Positions 1 through 9,632 of a DNA stretch of 64,000 bases are shown one piece after another. The position numbers were made by a program, and so were the translations under genes. Under the pieces are notes generated by a model. It did no database searches, was not told the DNA's origin, and saw nothing but the letters and a program-made list of their open reading frames with translations. Source of the stretch: Blastocladiella emersonii ATCC 22665. Its lineage: Eukaryota > Fungi > Blastocladiomycota. Location: positions 248,001 through 312,000 of the forward strand of contig JANHCV010000010.1 of NCBI GenBank assembly GCA_025594325.1, read 5' to 3'. How positions within the stretch are numbered: position 1 is the first letter of the stretch; each line of letters begins with the position of its first letter.

Positions 1-355
1 CGCCACATGGGACGAGGCCATGCGCGAGGTACGCGTCAACGGTTGTCGTGTCGGCGGCAGGGGTCCAGTGCGGCGTGAGGAACTCGAGCACCGTCTTGAT
101 GTTGTCGCGCGACGAGATGGAGACAGTCGAGTTGTGGCGCAGGATGACGTAGTCGCGGGAGACCTCGTTGATGAGGTCTGTGATAGCGGTCGTGCGGGCC
201 TCGTTGAACTGCTCCTCGGTGATCTGGTTGACGGGGGTACTGGTCTCGCGCGCGGCGGCAGCGAGAATATCTTCATGGCGGAAGATGGCCAGGTACTCGT
301 TATTGGCGATGCCCGTGAGCTGCTCAAAGAGCACGAGGATGCAATGTGTGGTCAT
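1..355 (-). CDS. hypothetical protein, 5' part only (runs off window start)
   Basis: Not in the ORF track because it is open-ended. gccATG at 355 opens a stop-free frame MTTHCILVLFEQLTGIANNEYLAIFRHEDIL...DAYLAHGLVPCG to base 1. Its strong C/G-ending codon use matches the other genes. No recognisable domain. Confidence 0.6.
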   Translation of the reverse strand, partial: MTTHCILVLFEQLTGIANNEYLAIFRHEDILAAAARETSTPVNQITEEQFNEARTTAITDLINEVSRDYVILRHNSTVSISSRDNIKTVLEFLTPHWTPAADTTTVDAYLAHGLVPCG

Positions 356-606
356 GGCGAAGACCACCGGTCGTGCGGACACGCGGCTCAGTGGCAGAGG
401 AGGATGGTGTTGCAGGTAGTGAAGACTAGGAGTCGGATCGGCGGGGGCGACGGGGAGTGAGTAAGTGAGCGAGCTGCGGCGGCGGCGGCCTGGAGCGCGT
501 TGCGCCACCCGAGGGACTCGCTGCACGCATGACGCCCGCTCCCCCGCATCGCGACCACCTTTTCCTTCGACGCAAAGTACACCAGGCACACACACACATC
601 CCGGAT

Positions 607-1682
607 CCGCACGGCGCCGCTCGGGAGCGGGCACCGACGTGGCCGCGGACTCGGAGCGGAACGAGTCGCGCATGGAGACCACGCGCCCGCGCTGCTGCGC
701 GAACTACGGCAGGACCGCACGGCGCCGCCCAGGAGCGGGTACCGACGTGGCCGCGGACTCGGAGCGGAACGAGTCGCGCATGGAGACCACGCGTCCGTGC
801 TGCTGCACGAACTACGGCAGGGCCGCACGGCGCCGCTCGGGAGCGGGCACCGACGTGGCCGCGGACTCGGAGCGGAACGAGTCGCGCATGGAGACCACGC
901 GTCCGTGCTGCTGCACGAACTACGGCAGGGCCGCACGGCGCCGCTCGGGAGCGGGCACCGACGTGGCCGCGGACTCGGAGCGGAACGAGTCGCGCGTACG
1001 AACCACGCGTCCGTGCTGCTGCGCGAACTACGGTAGGACCGTACGGCGCCGCTCGGAAGCGGACACCGACGTGGCCGCGGACTCGGAGCGGAACGAGTCG
1101 CGCATGGAGACCACGCGTCCGTGCTGCTGCACGAACTACGGCAGGGCCGCACGGCGCCGCTCGGGAGCGGGCACCGACGTGGCCGCGGACTCGGAGCGGA
1201 ACGAGTCGCGCGTGGAGACCACGCGTCCGCGCTGCTGCGCGAACTACGGTAGGACCGTACGGCGCCGCTCGGAAGCGGACACCGACGTGGCCGCGGACTC
1301 GGAGCGGAACGAGTCGCGCATGGAGACCACGCGTCCGTGCTGCTGCACGAACTACGGCAGGGCCGCACGGCGCCGCTCGGGAGCGGGCACCGACGTGGCC
1401 GCGGACTCGGAGCGGAACGAGTCGCGCGTGGAGACCACGCGTCCGCGCTGCTGCGCGAACTACGGTAGGACCGTACGGCGCCGCTCGGAAGCGGACACCG
1501 ACGTGGCCGCGGACTCGGAGCGGAACGAGTCGCGCGTACGAACCACGCGTCCGTGCTGCTGCACGAACTACGGCAGGACCGTACGGCGCCGCCCAGGAGC
1601 GGGCACCGACGTGGCCGCGGATTCAGAGCGGGATGAATCGCGCGTGGAGGCCACGCGTCCGTGCTGCTGCACGAACTACGGC
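607..1682. repeat. minisatellite, 10 x 108-bp tandem repeat
   Basis: CCGACGTGGCCGCGGA recurs at 634, 742, 850, 958, 1066, 1174, 1282, 1390, 1498 and 1606 (period 108). Copies are near-identical with diagnostic variant positions. Confidence 0.97.
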
Positions 1683-2086
1683 TGGGAGAATCACACAGGT
1701 AGGATGAGGATGTGGCGAGCGCGAGCTGGGTGACAGACAGGGGGTTTGTCGACACTCGCAGCAAGAGGTGGACAAAGGTCGGCCGCGTACGCGTTCCCAC
1801 GGCGCGACGAGCGCGCGAGCGGGCAGGAACGCGTCCACCCAACGCGCCGACGCAGCGACAGCGAAGGGTGCGCGTGCGCCTCGATTCTGCGTGCCACGGG
1901 AGCGACGGCAGGCACGAGGGCGCAGTGCGGCGGCGAGGATCGAGAGGTCGCGGCGCGGGCGAAGCGAGATCGTACGTACATCGAGCCGCTGCTTTCCAGG
2001 GCTCATAACCAGTTGAAGCGTACTCGACTGGGAGGAAGCTCGGCACGATGGACGTGCGATCTTGGCGGAGATGAAGATCGAGGCAA

Positions 2087-2156
2087 TGAAGAGGTTCACA
2101 AGAGGGGACGGTGAAGAGGTTCACAAGAGGAGACAGTGAGGAGGTTCACGAGAGGA
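2087..2156. repeat. 3 x 25-bp tandem repeat (TGAAGAGGTTCACAAGAGG core)
   Basis: Copies start at 2087, 2112 and 2137; the third has substitutions. Confidence 0.85.
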
Positions 2157-2723
2157 CAACAGGCTGTATGTGGTGGCTAATACTAGCAACTGGTCAAAGG
2201 AACAAGAGAGAGAGGGGATGCGGAGGCGCGTCGTCCGATGTGAGCGGGCCGACGCGTTGCTCGGTGAGGTGAGGCGGTCCGCGGCGATGACAAAAGGAGA
2301 TCGGCGCGGTGCGCGTGACGCGCGTGACGCGGGCGGGGTCGCACGCGTCCGGTGACTGTGGCGCAACGCGGTCACGTGTACTTGAACTATGAGGGAGACG
2401 CAAGTCTCGTACGTTGGCGTGGAGGTGTTCCACGCCGCGGCGCCTGACTCGCTGACCTCGATCCTCGCCCAATACATTTGACTTGGTCTACCGCCACCCG
2501 TTGCCCTCACACGCCTTCGGCGGACCTGCTTTAAGCGAGGCGAGGTGAGGACTCGAGGAGGGAGAACGCGTCGACGCGTCGGTTTCGTCACGTGCGGCAG
2601 CCAGTCCACGGCGCCGGGTCGCCGATCCCGGGTGTCCCGGCCTGAAACGGGCGCGGCCGCCGCGGCTCGCTGCTCTCCCCCCTGCCCCTCCCCCTCCCCT
2701 CCGATTGCCCTCTCTCCTCAACC

Positions 2724-4003
2724 ATGTTCGCCCTCCGCTCCTCGCTCCGCGGCGCTCTCTCTACCCGCACCTTCTCCACCTCGTCGCTCGCCATGGGTCG
2801 CCTCGCCGGTCAGACCGTCTTCATGTAACGCTCATGCATCTGCCCCTGGTCTGAGGGTTGCGACTGACGGCAACGCTCGCACGACGTGCCCTCGCTTGCT
2901 TCGACGACGTGTATCTTCGCCCACGCGCTCAGTACTGGTGCCAGTGCTGGCATCGGCGCCAGGTCCGTGCACTCGCTGTGACGACGCTTGGTTCGCCCAG
3001 ACTGACGCTCCCCTCTCAACGTGTAGCTGCGCTCGGTACGCTCCGCCATCCTCTCACTCTCGCTCGTGGCGTTGCGCACGGCGCCAACGAGCTCGTTCTT
3101 GTCGATGCACGCCGGAGCGCGACCCGGCAACTCCCGCGACATCACCCGTTCCCGTTCCCCAACACCCGCATCGCCTCCGACCTGACGATCTGACCGGACG
3201 CGTTCCCTCCCTCCTTCCCTCTCATAGCCAGTTCGCCGCCGAGGGCTCGAACCTGATCCTGACGGCGCGCCGCGTGGACCGGCTGCAGTCGCTGCGCGAC
3301 GAGATCAAGGCCAAGTACCCGTCGGTGGCCGTGCACGTTGCCGCGCTCGACGTGGCCAAGCGCCAGGACGTGTTCGACACGGTGGCGGCGTTGCCGGCCG
3401 AGTTCAAGGCCATCGACGTGCTCGTCAACAACGCCGGGCTCGTGATCGGCGTCGAGCCGCTCCTCGAGGCCAAGCCCGAGGACGTCGACACCATGTTCGA
3501 CGTCAACGTCAAGGGTCTGCTCAACGTTACCCAGGCCATCGTTCCCGGCATGAAGGACCGCAAGAAGGGGACGATCATCAACATTGGCTCGGTCGCTGGC
3601 AAGCAGCCCTAGTACGTTCCTTGTGGCGGCTCTCTCTCCCCTCGACCACGACTGACCCGTTATCGCCGCGCTGTGTAGCGCCAACGGCTCCATCTACTGC
3701 GCGACCAAGCACGCGGTCGAGGCCTTCTCGCGCGCGCTGACGCAGGAGCTGGTCGCGACGCCGCTGCGCGTCGGCCTGATCGCCCCCGGGCTCGTCAACA
3801 CCGAGTTCTCGACGGTCCGGTTCCGCGGCGACTCGGACAAGGCCGCGTCCGTGTACCAGGGGCTCGACCCCCTCACGGGCGACGATATCGCCGAGATCGT
3901 CGTGTTCACGGCGTCGCGCCCGCCCCACGTCCAGATCAACGACGTGCTCGTGTTCCCCACCTCGCAGGCCTCGGTCTTCCACATCCACCGCGAGCAGCAG
4001 TAG
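2724..4003 (+). CDS. short-chain dehydrogenase/reductase, YdfG/YMR226C-like (NADP-dependent 3-hydroxyacid dehydrogenase), 5 exons
   Basis: Spliced TGASAGIG cofactor motif, then NNAG, S and YCATK catalytic motifs. Introns at about 2825-2932, 2962-3026, 3036-3227 and 3612-3678. In-frame ATGs at 2724 and 2793; stop TAG at 4001-4003. Confidence 0.9.
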
Positions 4004-4236
4004 GCGCCCCAGGTCCTTGTGACGCGCACACCTGTGCCCTCTTTGATACACATGCTCTCTTCTCTCATCACCCTGACCTCGCTGTCCGCTCGCTTGACGC
4101 GTCGCGTGCGTTCCAGCGTCTCGGGCTTGGCCAACGCCACCGCCCGCGCTGATTGGCCGCAGATCCCCCAACGTCACGCCCATGTGGCGCAGTCTCGGGG
4201 CAAGTGGCGCTGAGGCGCGGCACCGGAAGCGGCAGT

Positions 4237-4534
4237 GGACACGTTGCGCAATTCGGGCCTCCCCCCGAATCCTGAAAGGCTGGGCCGCGTCACGCGACGC
4301 GCCGAACCGCAACGCAAGCGACCTGCCACGCCTCTCGACGAGCGCTGCACTCGCGACTCCCTGCAAAGCGAGGGCCGAACTTTCAGGCCTCGCTTCCACG
4401 CGTCGGCCGCGTTCCGCGAGCGGCGACATGGGTGGCAGGTCGCGGCGGCGCCCGCAAGCTGGCGGCGGCGCAGGTCGCGTGGACGCGCCAGCCTTTCAGG
4501 ATTCGGGGGGAGGCCCGAATTGCGCAACGTGTCC
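4237..4534. mobile_element. MITE-like element (298 bp, 47-bp perfect TIR, 3-bp AGT target-site duplication; PIF/Harbinger-like)
   Basis: The left end GGACACGTTGCGCAATTCGGGCCTCCCCCCGAATCCTGAAAGGCTGG is the exact reverse complement of the right end. It is flanked by AGT at 4234-4236 and 4535-4537. A further internal inverted match GCGACCTGCCAC/GTGGCAGGTCGC is present; no coding capacity is evident. Confidence 0.7.
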
Positions 4535-4676
4535 AGTCGGCGGCGACCATCCCGTCCACTCGCTTTCGTTCTCTCTCTCCTCCGGCTGCTGGGATACCAA
4601 ACAAACAAGCAACGTAGCATCATCATCATCGAGGGGCAGGCACCCACGAAACTTGATAGAGTCATCACCAACCATC

Positions 4677-6269
4677 ATGTCCCGCCGCCGCGCAGCCTCG
4701 CCGCTGCCGCCCTTCGGCACCGACTACGATAACGAGCAGGGTATGCGGTGTCGCTGCCGTCGTCGGCCATCTCCACTGATCTCCATGACCATCTAGTCGC
4801 GCGCGGCCGCAGCCCTCTCGCACAGCCGTCACGCACGCGCGAGCCGTCGATGCGCGAGATCTTCCGTTCGCCAGTCGACACGCTCGGCGTCGGGGGATCG
4901 GCGTCGCGGTCCCGGTCCCGCGCCCCGCCCGGCGGCGCATCGAGCTTCAGCTTTGGGTCCGACCAGGTCCCGCCCATGCCTTCGTCGCCGATCCGCTCGC
5001 GGTCGCGCGCGGGGAGCGAGTGGAACGGGTCTGGCGGTATGGCCGGCGCGCTCGGGTCCGCGTCGCCGTCGGTCCACGACGAGACGCCTGTCGGCGGACG
5101 GCGGAACCGGTCGGCGAGCCGCGGGCTCGGGCTTGGGCTTGGGAGTGGGTCGCCGTTGTATGTGATGGATGCTGTCAGGGAGAGATGGCGCCGCTGACCT
5201 TCGTGTGAATGTGTGTAGCGGTACCTCGGCCGATGCGCCGCCCGTCCCGCGCGTGACGCGTACGCCGTCGCCGCCGATCCGTCCCGCGGCGTCGGCCGAG
5301 ACGTACGCGCGTCCATCGACGCCCGACCGGCGCCCCGTATCGCCGCTCCCCGCCGCGTCGCTGTCGCCAACCTCGGCTTCGTACCCGATCGCGCGCGCGT
5401 ACGAGGCGTCGTCGCAGAGCAACGCGGCGCTACGCCGCGATCTCGATGCGCTCGGCGGCGTGTCCGTGGCGCCGACGGACGTGTCGGCGTCCATGTTCCA
5501 GGACCCGGATATGTTCAAGAAGGTGGAGGCGAAGCTGCGCGACCTCAAGGCGAAGCTGGCGACGGCGAACGCGCGCGCCGACAAGCTGGGTGCGCAGGCC
5601 GCGGCGCTCGAGGCGCAGGTCGGCAAGCTCGAGCAGGAGAAGCACAAGCTCGCTATCGACGCGCACCAGGCCCAGGTCAAGGCGCAGCACCTCGACGAGT
5701 CCCTCGCGAACGAGCGCCGCGAGCGGCAGGCCGAGCGCACCGAGTTTGCCGCTGAGAAGGCGCTCCTCGCGCAGCGCATGCGCGGCGGGGATACCCAGCG
5801 CGGCGCCGCCGAGCGCGAGCTCGAGGCGCTCCGCGCTGAGCGCGCGCGGATTACGGCTGAGCGCGACGAGTACCGCCAGGAAACCCACACGCTCACGACC
5901 AACCTCTCGCTCGCTCAGCGACAGCTCAAGGAGCTCGCGCGCCGGCTCGAGCTCGCGCAGCAGCAGGCCGAGCGCAAGTACGTGTCGTTTTGCCGCTCAC
6001 ACGCACCGTTGACATGAGACTGACCACGGCGCGCCTCTAGGACCATGGACTTCAACGACGCCGAGACGCGGCGCATGGACCTCGAGGCCAAGCTGCATCG
6101 GCTCGCCGGGTCGACGCGGTCCATCACGTCGACCAACGACGAGCTCCAGGAGGAGCTCCGGTACCTGCAGTCCATGGTGCACGAGGAGCGGTCGCGCCGC
6201 ATCGCCGCCGAGACGGCCGCCGAGGAGGAGCGCAAGAAGCGCGTTATGCTCGAGCTCTCCATGGAGTAA
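4677..6269 (+). CDS. hypothetical coiled-coil protein, 4 exons
   Basis: Canonical introns 4741-4796, 5158-5218 and 5978-6040 join a Ser/Pro/Arg-rich N-terminus to a long E/R/A/Q heptad coiled coil; stop TAA at 6269. Confidence 0.8.
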
Positions 6270-6515
6270 GGGTTTGACGGTGAAGAAGGGGAAGACTTGT
6301 CGTGCTGTGTGAATACAACTTTTGCGACTGGACCTGTGTCGAGCGACGTGGTGAACAATCGAGGGTTGGGCGCGACACTTGAGACGCTGCGCCACCACGG
6401 GCGTCGAGCCGGCCGGCAAAGCCACACCGCTTGAGAACCCGCTCTCCCCGCTGGCGACTTTCGCGCGAGCAGCTTCCTCTCCCGAGTCTCCGACAGGCCA
6501 TGATACGCGAATGAA

Positions 6516-7583
6516 ATGACAGTCGATGCAACCGATACGGGGCAAGTTACTGCCCTCATGCCGGCCGCGGGGCACACCGACCTCGCCATCGAGACCACCG
6601 CTGCGCCCCTCGACTTTGTCTCCCTGCCGCAGGACGTTCTGGCCACCATCTTACGCGCCGTGCTCGTCGGCTTCGGACCCGACGCCTTTTACCTGCTGGC
6701 AACGGCCCACCCGTCGCTCACCGCCATCGCCCTGACCGACCCGGTCGTCTACCTTCCTGGCCTCGACCTCGTCGCGTCTCCGCCGTACGGCGCCGCTGAG
6801 CAGTACAATGACACAACCAATGCGCAAATCGATGACGGCTTCGTGTTCCTCGTCTCGGCCATGGAAGCTGTTTTCACCGACCGTCGCCGACCCGCGCCCG
6901 CGCTGCGCTTCACCGTCATCCCGCGCCCATTCCCCGGCCGCCGCCTCGGGAGCCAGCCCGAGGCGCACATCAGCCACGCCGTCGCGCCCATTGTCACGGC
7001 CATGACCGCGCTGCCCCTGGTGCACGTCACCGTGGACATGTCGCTGCTCGACGGCCTTGACATCTCGCACTTTTCCGTCTCGCTCGCCTGGATCGTGGCC
7101 AAGCGACAGACGCGCGGCGAGATGGACACGCGCGCGACCCTGCACCTCGTCCACTGCTCGCCCGCGATCGCGCGCGACACGGGCTTCCTGTGGGCGTTCA
7201 GCGAGGAGCCCGAGTACGACGTGCCGTTCATCACCGTGTGCGCGTGCCGCCAGTTTGCGTGTCTCGCACCGGGCGCCAAAGGATGGCGGTGTATTGATTG
7301 TCGCACCGGGCAGCAGCAGTTGGCGAGCGAGCGCCGCGCGTGCTGGACGTGCGGCGGCGCGGACAAGTGCGTCGAGCTGCTCCGTAAGGTGTGCACGCGC
7401 GACGAGCATCGGTCGCCGCTCGCGTTCTCGGTATGGATATGTAACGCCTGCGCACCGCGGGTCCGCGAGCGAGGGTGCGACTGGTGCGTTTACAACGACT
7501 GTGGTGGTGAGGAAGCGGGTGGGCGAGAGCTTGGCGTGGTCGAGGGCGGCGGTGCTGGTGTCGAGATAGCTCGGGCGGTCTAA
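6516..7583 (+). CDS. F-box-like N-terminus plus Cys/His-rich C-terminal protein, paralog 1 (intronless)
   Basis: FVSLPQDVLATILRAVL motif; C-terminal repeated CxxC pairs ending GCDWCVYNDCG; clear homology to three neighbouring ORFs. Confidence 0.8.
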   Translation: MTVDATDTGQVTALMPAAGHTDLAIETTAAPLDFVSLPQDVLATILRAVLVGFGPDAFYLLATAHPSLTAIALTDPVVYLPGLDLVASPPYGAAEQYNDTTNAQIDDGFVFLVSAMEAVFTDRRRPAPALRFTVIPRPFPGRRLGSQPEAHISHAVAPIVTAMTALPLVHVTVDMSLLDGLDISHFSVSLAWIVAKRQTRGEMDTRATLHLVHCSPAIARDTGFLWAFSEEPEYDVPFITVCACRQFACLAPGAKGWRCIDCRTGQQQLASERRACWTCGGADKCVELLRKVCTRDEHRSPLAFSVWICNACAPRVRERGCDWCVYNDCGGEEAGGRELGVVEGGGAGVEIARAV

Positions 7584-7718
7584 TACATGGGGCTTCGATA
7601 ATTAAACAGGAAGCGGGACGATTAATCAGTACGCGGCACAACTAAACATTACGCTTGAAGGAGCACATGATTGGGGCGCTGATCAGGCCCACGTTTAAGC
7701 GTTTGAAGCGATCGCCCA

Positions 7719-7734
7719 ACGCGTTGCGCCACAC
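7719..7734 (+). promoter_or_regulatory. candidate cis-element ACGCGTTGCGCCACAC upstream of paralog 2
   Basis: Identical 16-mer at 11974-11989 upstream of paralog 3. Variants at 6384 (paralog 1) and 14484-14497 (minus strand, paralog 4). Confidence 0.6.
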
Positions 7735-7803
7735 CGTGACGACTTGCAGCGACTTGGCGTGACGACTTTCAGCTGAACAAAACGCGCGTTTGGGGTGAAT
7801 AGC

Positions 7804-8032
7804 GAGACCTTGCGAAAAGTCGGGGCCGACTTTCGTCCTGGCCCCACGCATTCAGCCACGCGATGTGGCGTAATGCACAGGCTCACTCGACCGACTTTTC
7901 TCGGTGCCCCCGACTTTTCTCGGGGTCGGCCTCGCGCGAGCGCTCGAGGTGCCAGATCAGGGCCCGCGCGTGCGTGAGGCAAGCCACCGCGGCCTCCGCC
8001 CAAAAGTCGGCCCCGACTTTTCGCAAGGTCTC
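7804..8032. mobile_element. 229-bp MITE-like element with 30-bp perfect TIR in the promoter of paralog 2
   Basis: GAGACCTTGCGAAAAGTCGGGGCCGACTTT (7804-7833) is the reverse complement of 8003-8032. Internal CCGACTTTTCTCGG copies lie near 7891-7925. No TSD could be identified. Confidence 0.6.
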
Positions 8033-8065
8033 TCTCTCTCCCCTCTCCCCACGAATGCTAAGCTC

Positions 8066-9247
8066 ATGAACCCCGAAACGTCAACGGACGCAAACGACCC
8101 CATGCAAGACGCAGTAGTCGACCAGCTAAGGCAGGAATTCGCGGCGGCCTTGTCGCAGTTCGATCAAGAGTCACTGGTGGCTCCTTCGGACTCGCGCCCG
8201 TTGCAGCTCATTCATCTTCCGCAGGACGCTCTCGCGGCCATTCTTCACGCCGTCCTCGAGCATGCCGGCATTCAAGCTTTCCTAACGTTCGTGTCCGCTC
8301 ATCCCCTGCTCTGTCGCGTGGCATCAACCGACCCGGCCGTTTACCTGCCAAGCTTGCACTTTGTCATCTCTCCGCCGTGCGGCAAGTTTGACATAACGAA
8401 TTTCAACATGGCGTTTGCCTCCCCGGGTTTCTGCGAACTGCTTGGCTTGGTGCGAGTCTTCGATTTAACCAAGCGGCTTACGTGGCTCTCACTCCACCTC
8501 ACCGTACTGCCCAGACCGGCTAAAGGTCAGCTGCAGGCCAACGCACTGCACGCTTACGTCGCTCTTCAAGTGCTCGCCGAGGCCTTTCGCGAACTATTCG
8601 GAACTCGACGCGTCACGCTTGACCTATCGCTACTGGAGGAAGACATGGTCAGCAACTTCCTGCAGATACGCCTCTGCAGCTTTCTCCAAAGTCGCACCGA
8701 TCTCTCCTACTTCCGCAACACGCACAAGGCTCTCGAGTTCACGGCTCGGACCGGCATTGCGTGGAACCTCGGTGCGCACTGTGGCAAACCGTTCGTGACC
8801 CCGTGCTCCGGCTGCGAGCAACGAGCGGCCTTGGGCGATATGGACGAGTGGCGCTGCTCGAACTGCCTGCCGGCAGCCGAGCAGGACCACCAGGGCGACG
8901 AGAACGAGGAAGCGCGCCCGAGGCCGCAGACGTGCTGGACCTGTCGCAAGCTTACAACGGACGTGGCCCGGCTCGAGGACGTGTGCAAGCGCGAGGGTCA
9001 CGTCTCGCCCGAGTCGTTCAAGGTGTTTTTCTGCTCGGCCTGCTCACCTCGCATTCGCCGGATCGGCTGCAACTGGTGCTTCTACGATAACTGCGGCGAC
9101 GCAATGTTGCCGTTCCTGCCTCCCGCTTCTGATCTCGCCGCGGACGAGCCCGTTCTTGCTGCCCAGCCAGCGTTGGATGTGTCGGCCCCTGCCGCTCAGC
9201 CAGCCTCCGACGAGTCGGTCCCTGCAGCGCATCTGGCCTTGGAGTAG
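8066..9247 (+). CDS. F-box-like plus Cys/His-rich protein, paralog 2 (intronless)
   Basis: Start chosen from the ATGCTAAGCTC-ATGAAC context shared with paralog 3. IHLPQDALAAILHAVL motif; CSGC..CSNC..CWTC..CKREGH..CSAC..CNWC. Confidence 0.8.
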   Translation: MNPETSTDANDPMQDAVVDQLRQEFAAALSQFDQESLVAPSDSRPLQLIHLPQDALAAILHAVLEHAGIQAFLTFVSAHPLLCRVASTDPAVYLPSLHFVISPPCGKFDITNFNMAFASPGFCELLGLVRVFDLTKRLTWLSLHLTVLPRPAKGQLQANALHAYVALQVLAEAFRELFGTRRVTLDLSLLEEDMVSNFLQIRLCSFLQSRTDLSYFRNTHKALEFTARTGIAWNLGAHCGKPFVTPCSGCEQRAALGDMDEWRCSNCLPAAEQDHQGDENEEARPRPQTCWTCRKLTTDVARLEDVCKREGHVSPESFKVFFCSACSPRIRRIGCNWCFYDNCGDAMLPFLPPASDLAADEPVLAAQPALDVSAPAAQPASDESVPAAHLALE

Positions 9248-9632
9248 CACTTTACGCTTTGTCTCGTGCTCCAGGGTGATATCAAAGCTTCCGAGCAATC
9301 CAGGGTGTCATCAAGGCCTTCAAAAGCGAACTGGTCCGTGTGTTGATTTGCCGTGCTTTATGTATCCAATATCGATCCGTGTTCTGTTTGCCCCTGCAAC
9401 TATAATTATTGCGCTGCGCCGGGAGCATCCGTCTGCTTCGGCTTGGGAAGGCTCCCGCCGGCGGTCGCGTCTCGGAGGCGAGGGGCTGGGGCAGGGACGC
9501 GTCGAGATATCATGTGAGCGGGTTCCCGCCGGCAATCGTTCTCCCTCCCCTCCCGAAGCACCTTACCGCCCTCCCACACGAAAACAGATGAATGCACTTG
9601 GTGCAAACTTTCAATAGCGCTACCTTGCAACT

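Noticed and set aside
607-1682. Possible CRISPR array
   Set aside because: There are no unique spacers (whole units repeat), the context is eukaryotic and no cas genes are present.
388-2124. Long ORFs (578, 422 and 392 aa) across the minisatellite
   Set aside because: They are open only because the GC-rich 108-bp unit lacks stops in those frames. There is no codon bias or domain, and several overlapping frames are open at once.
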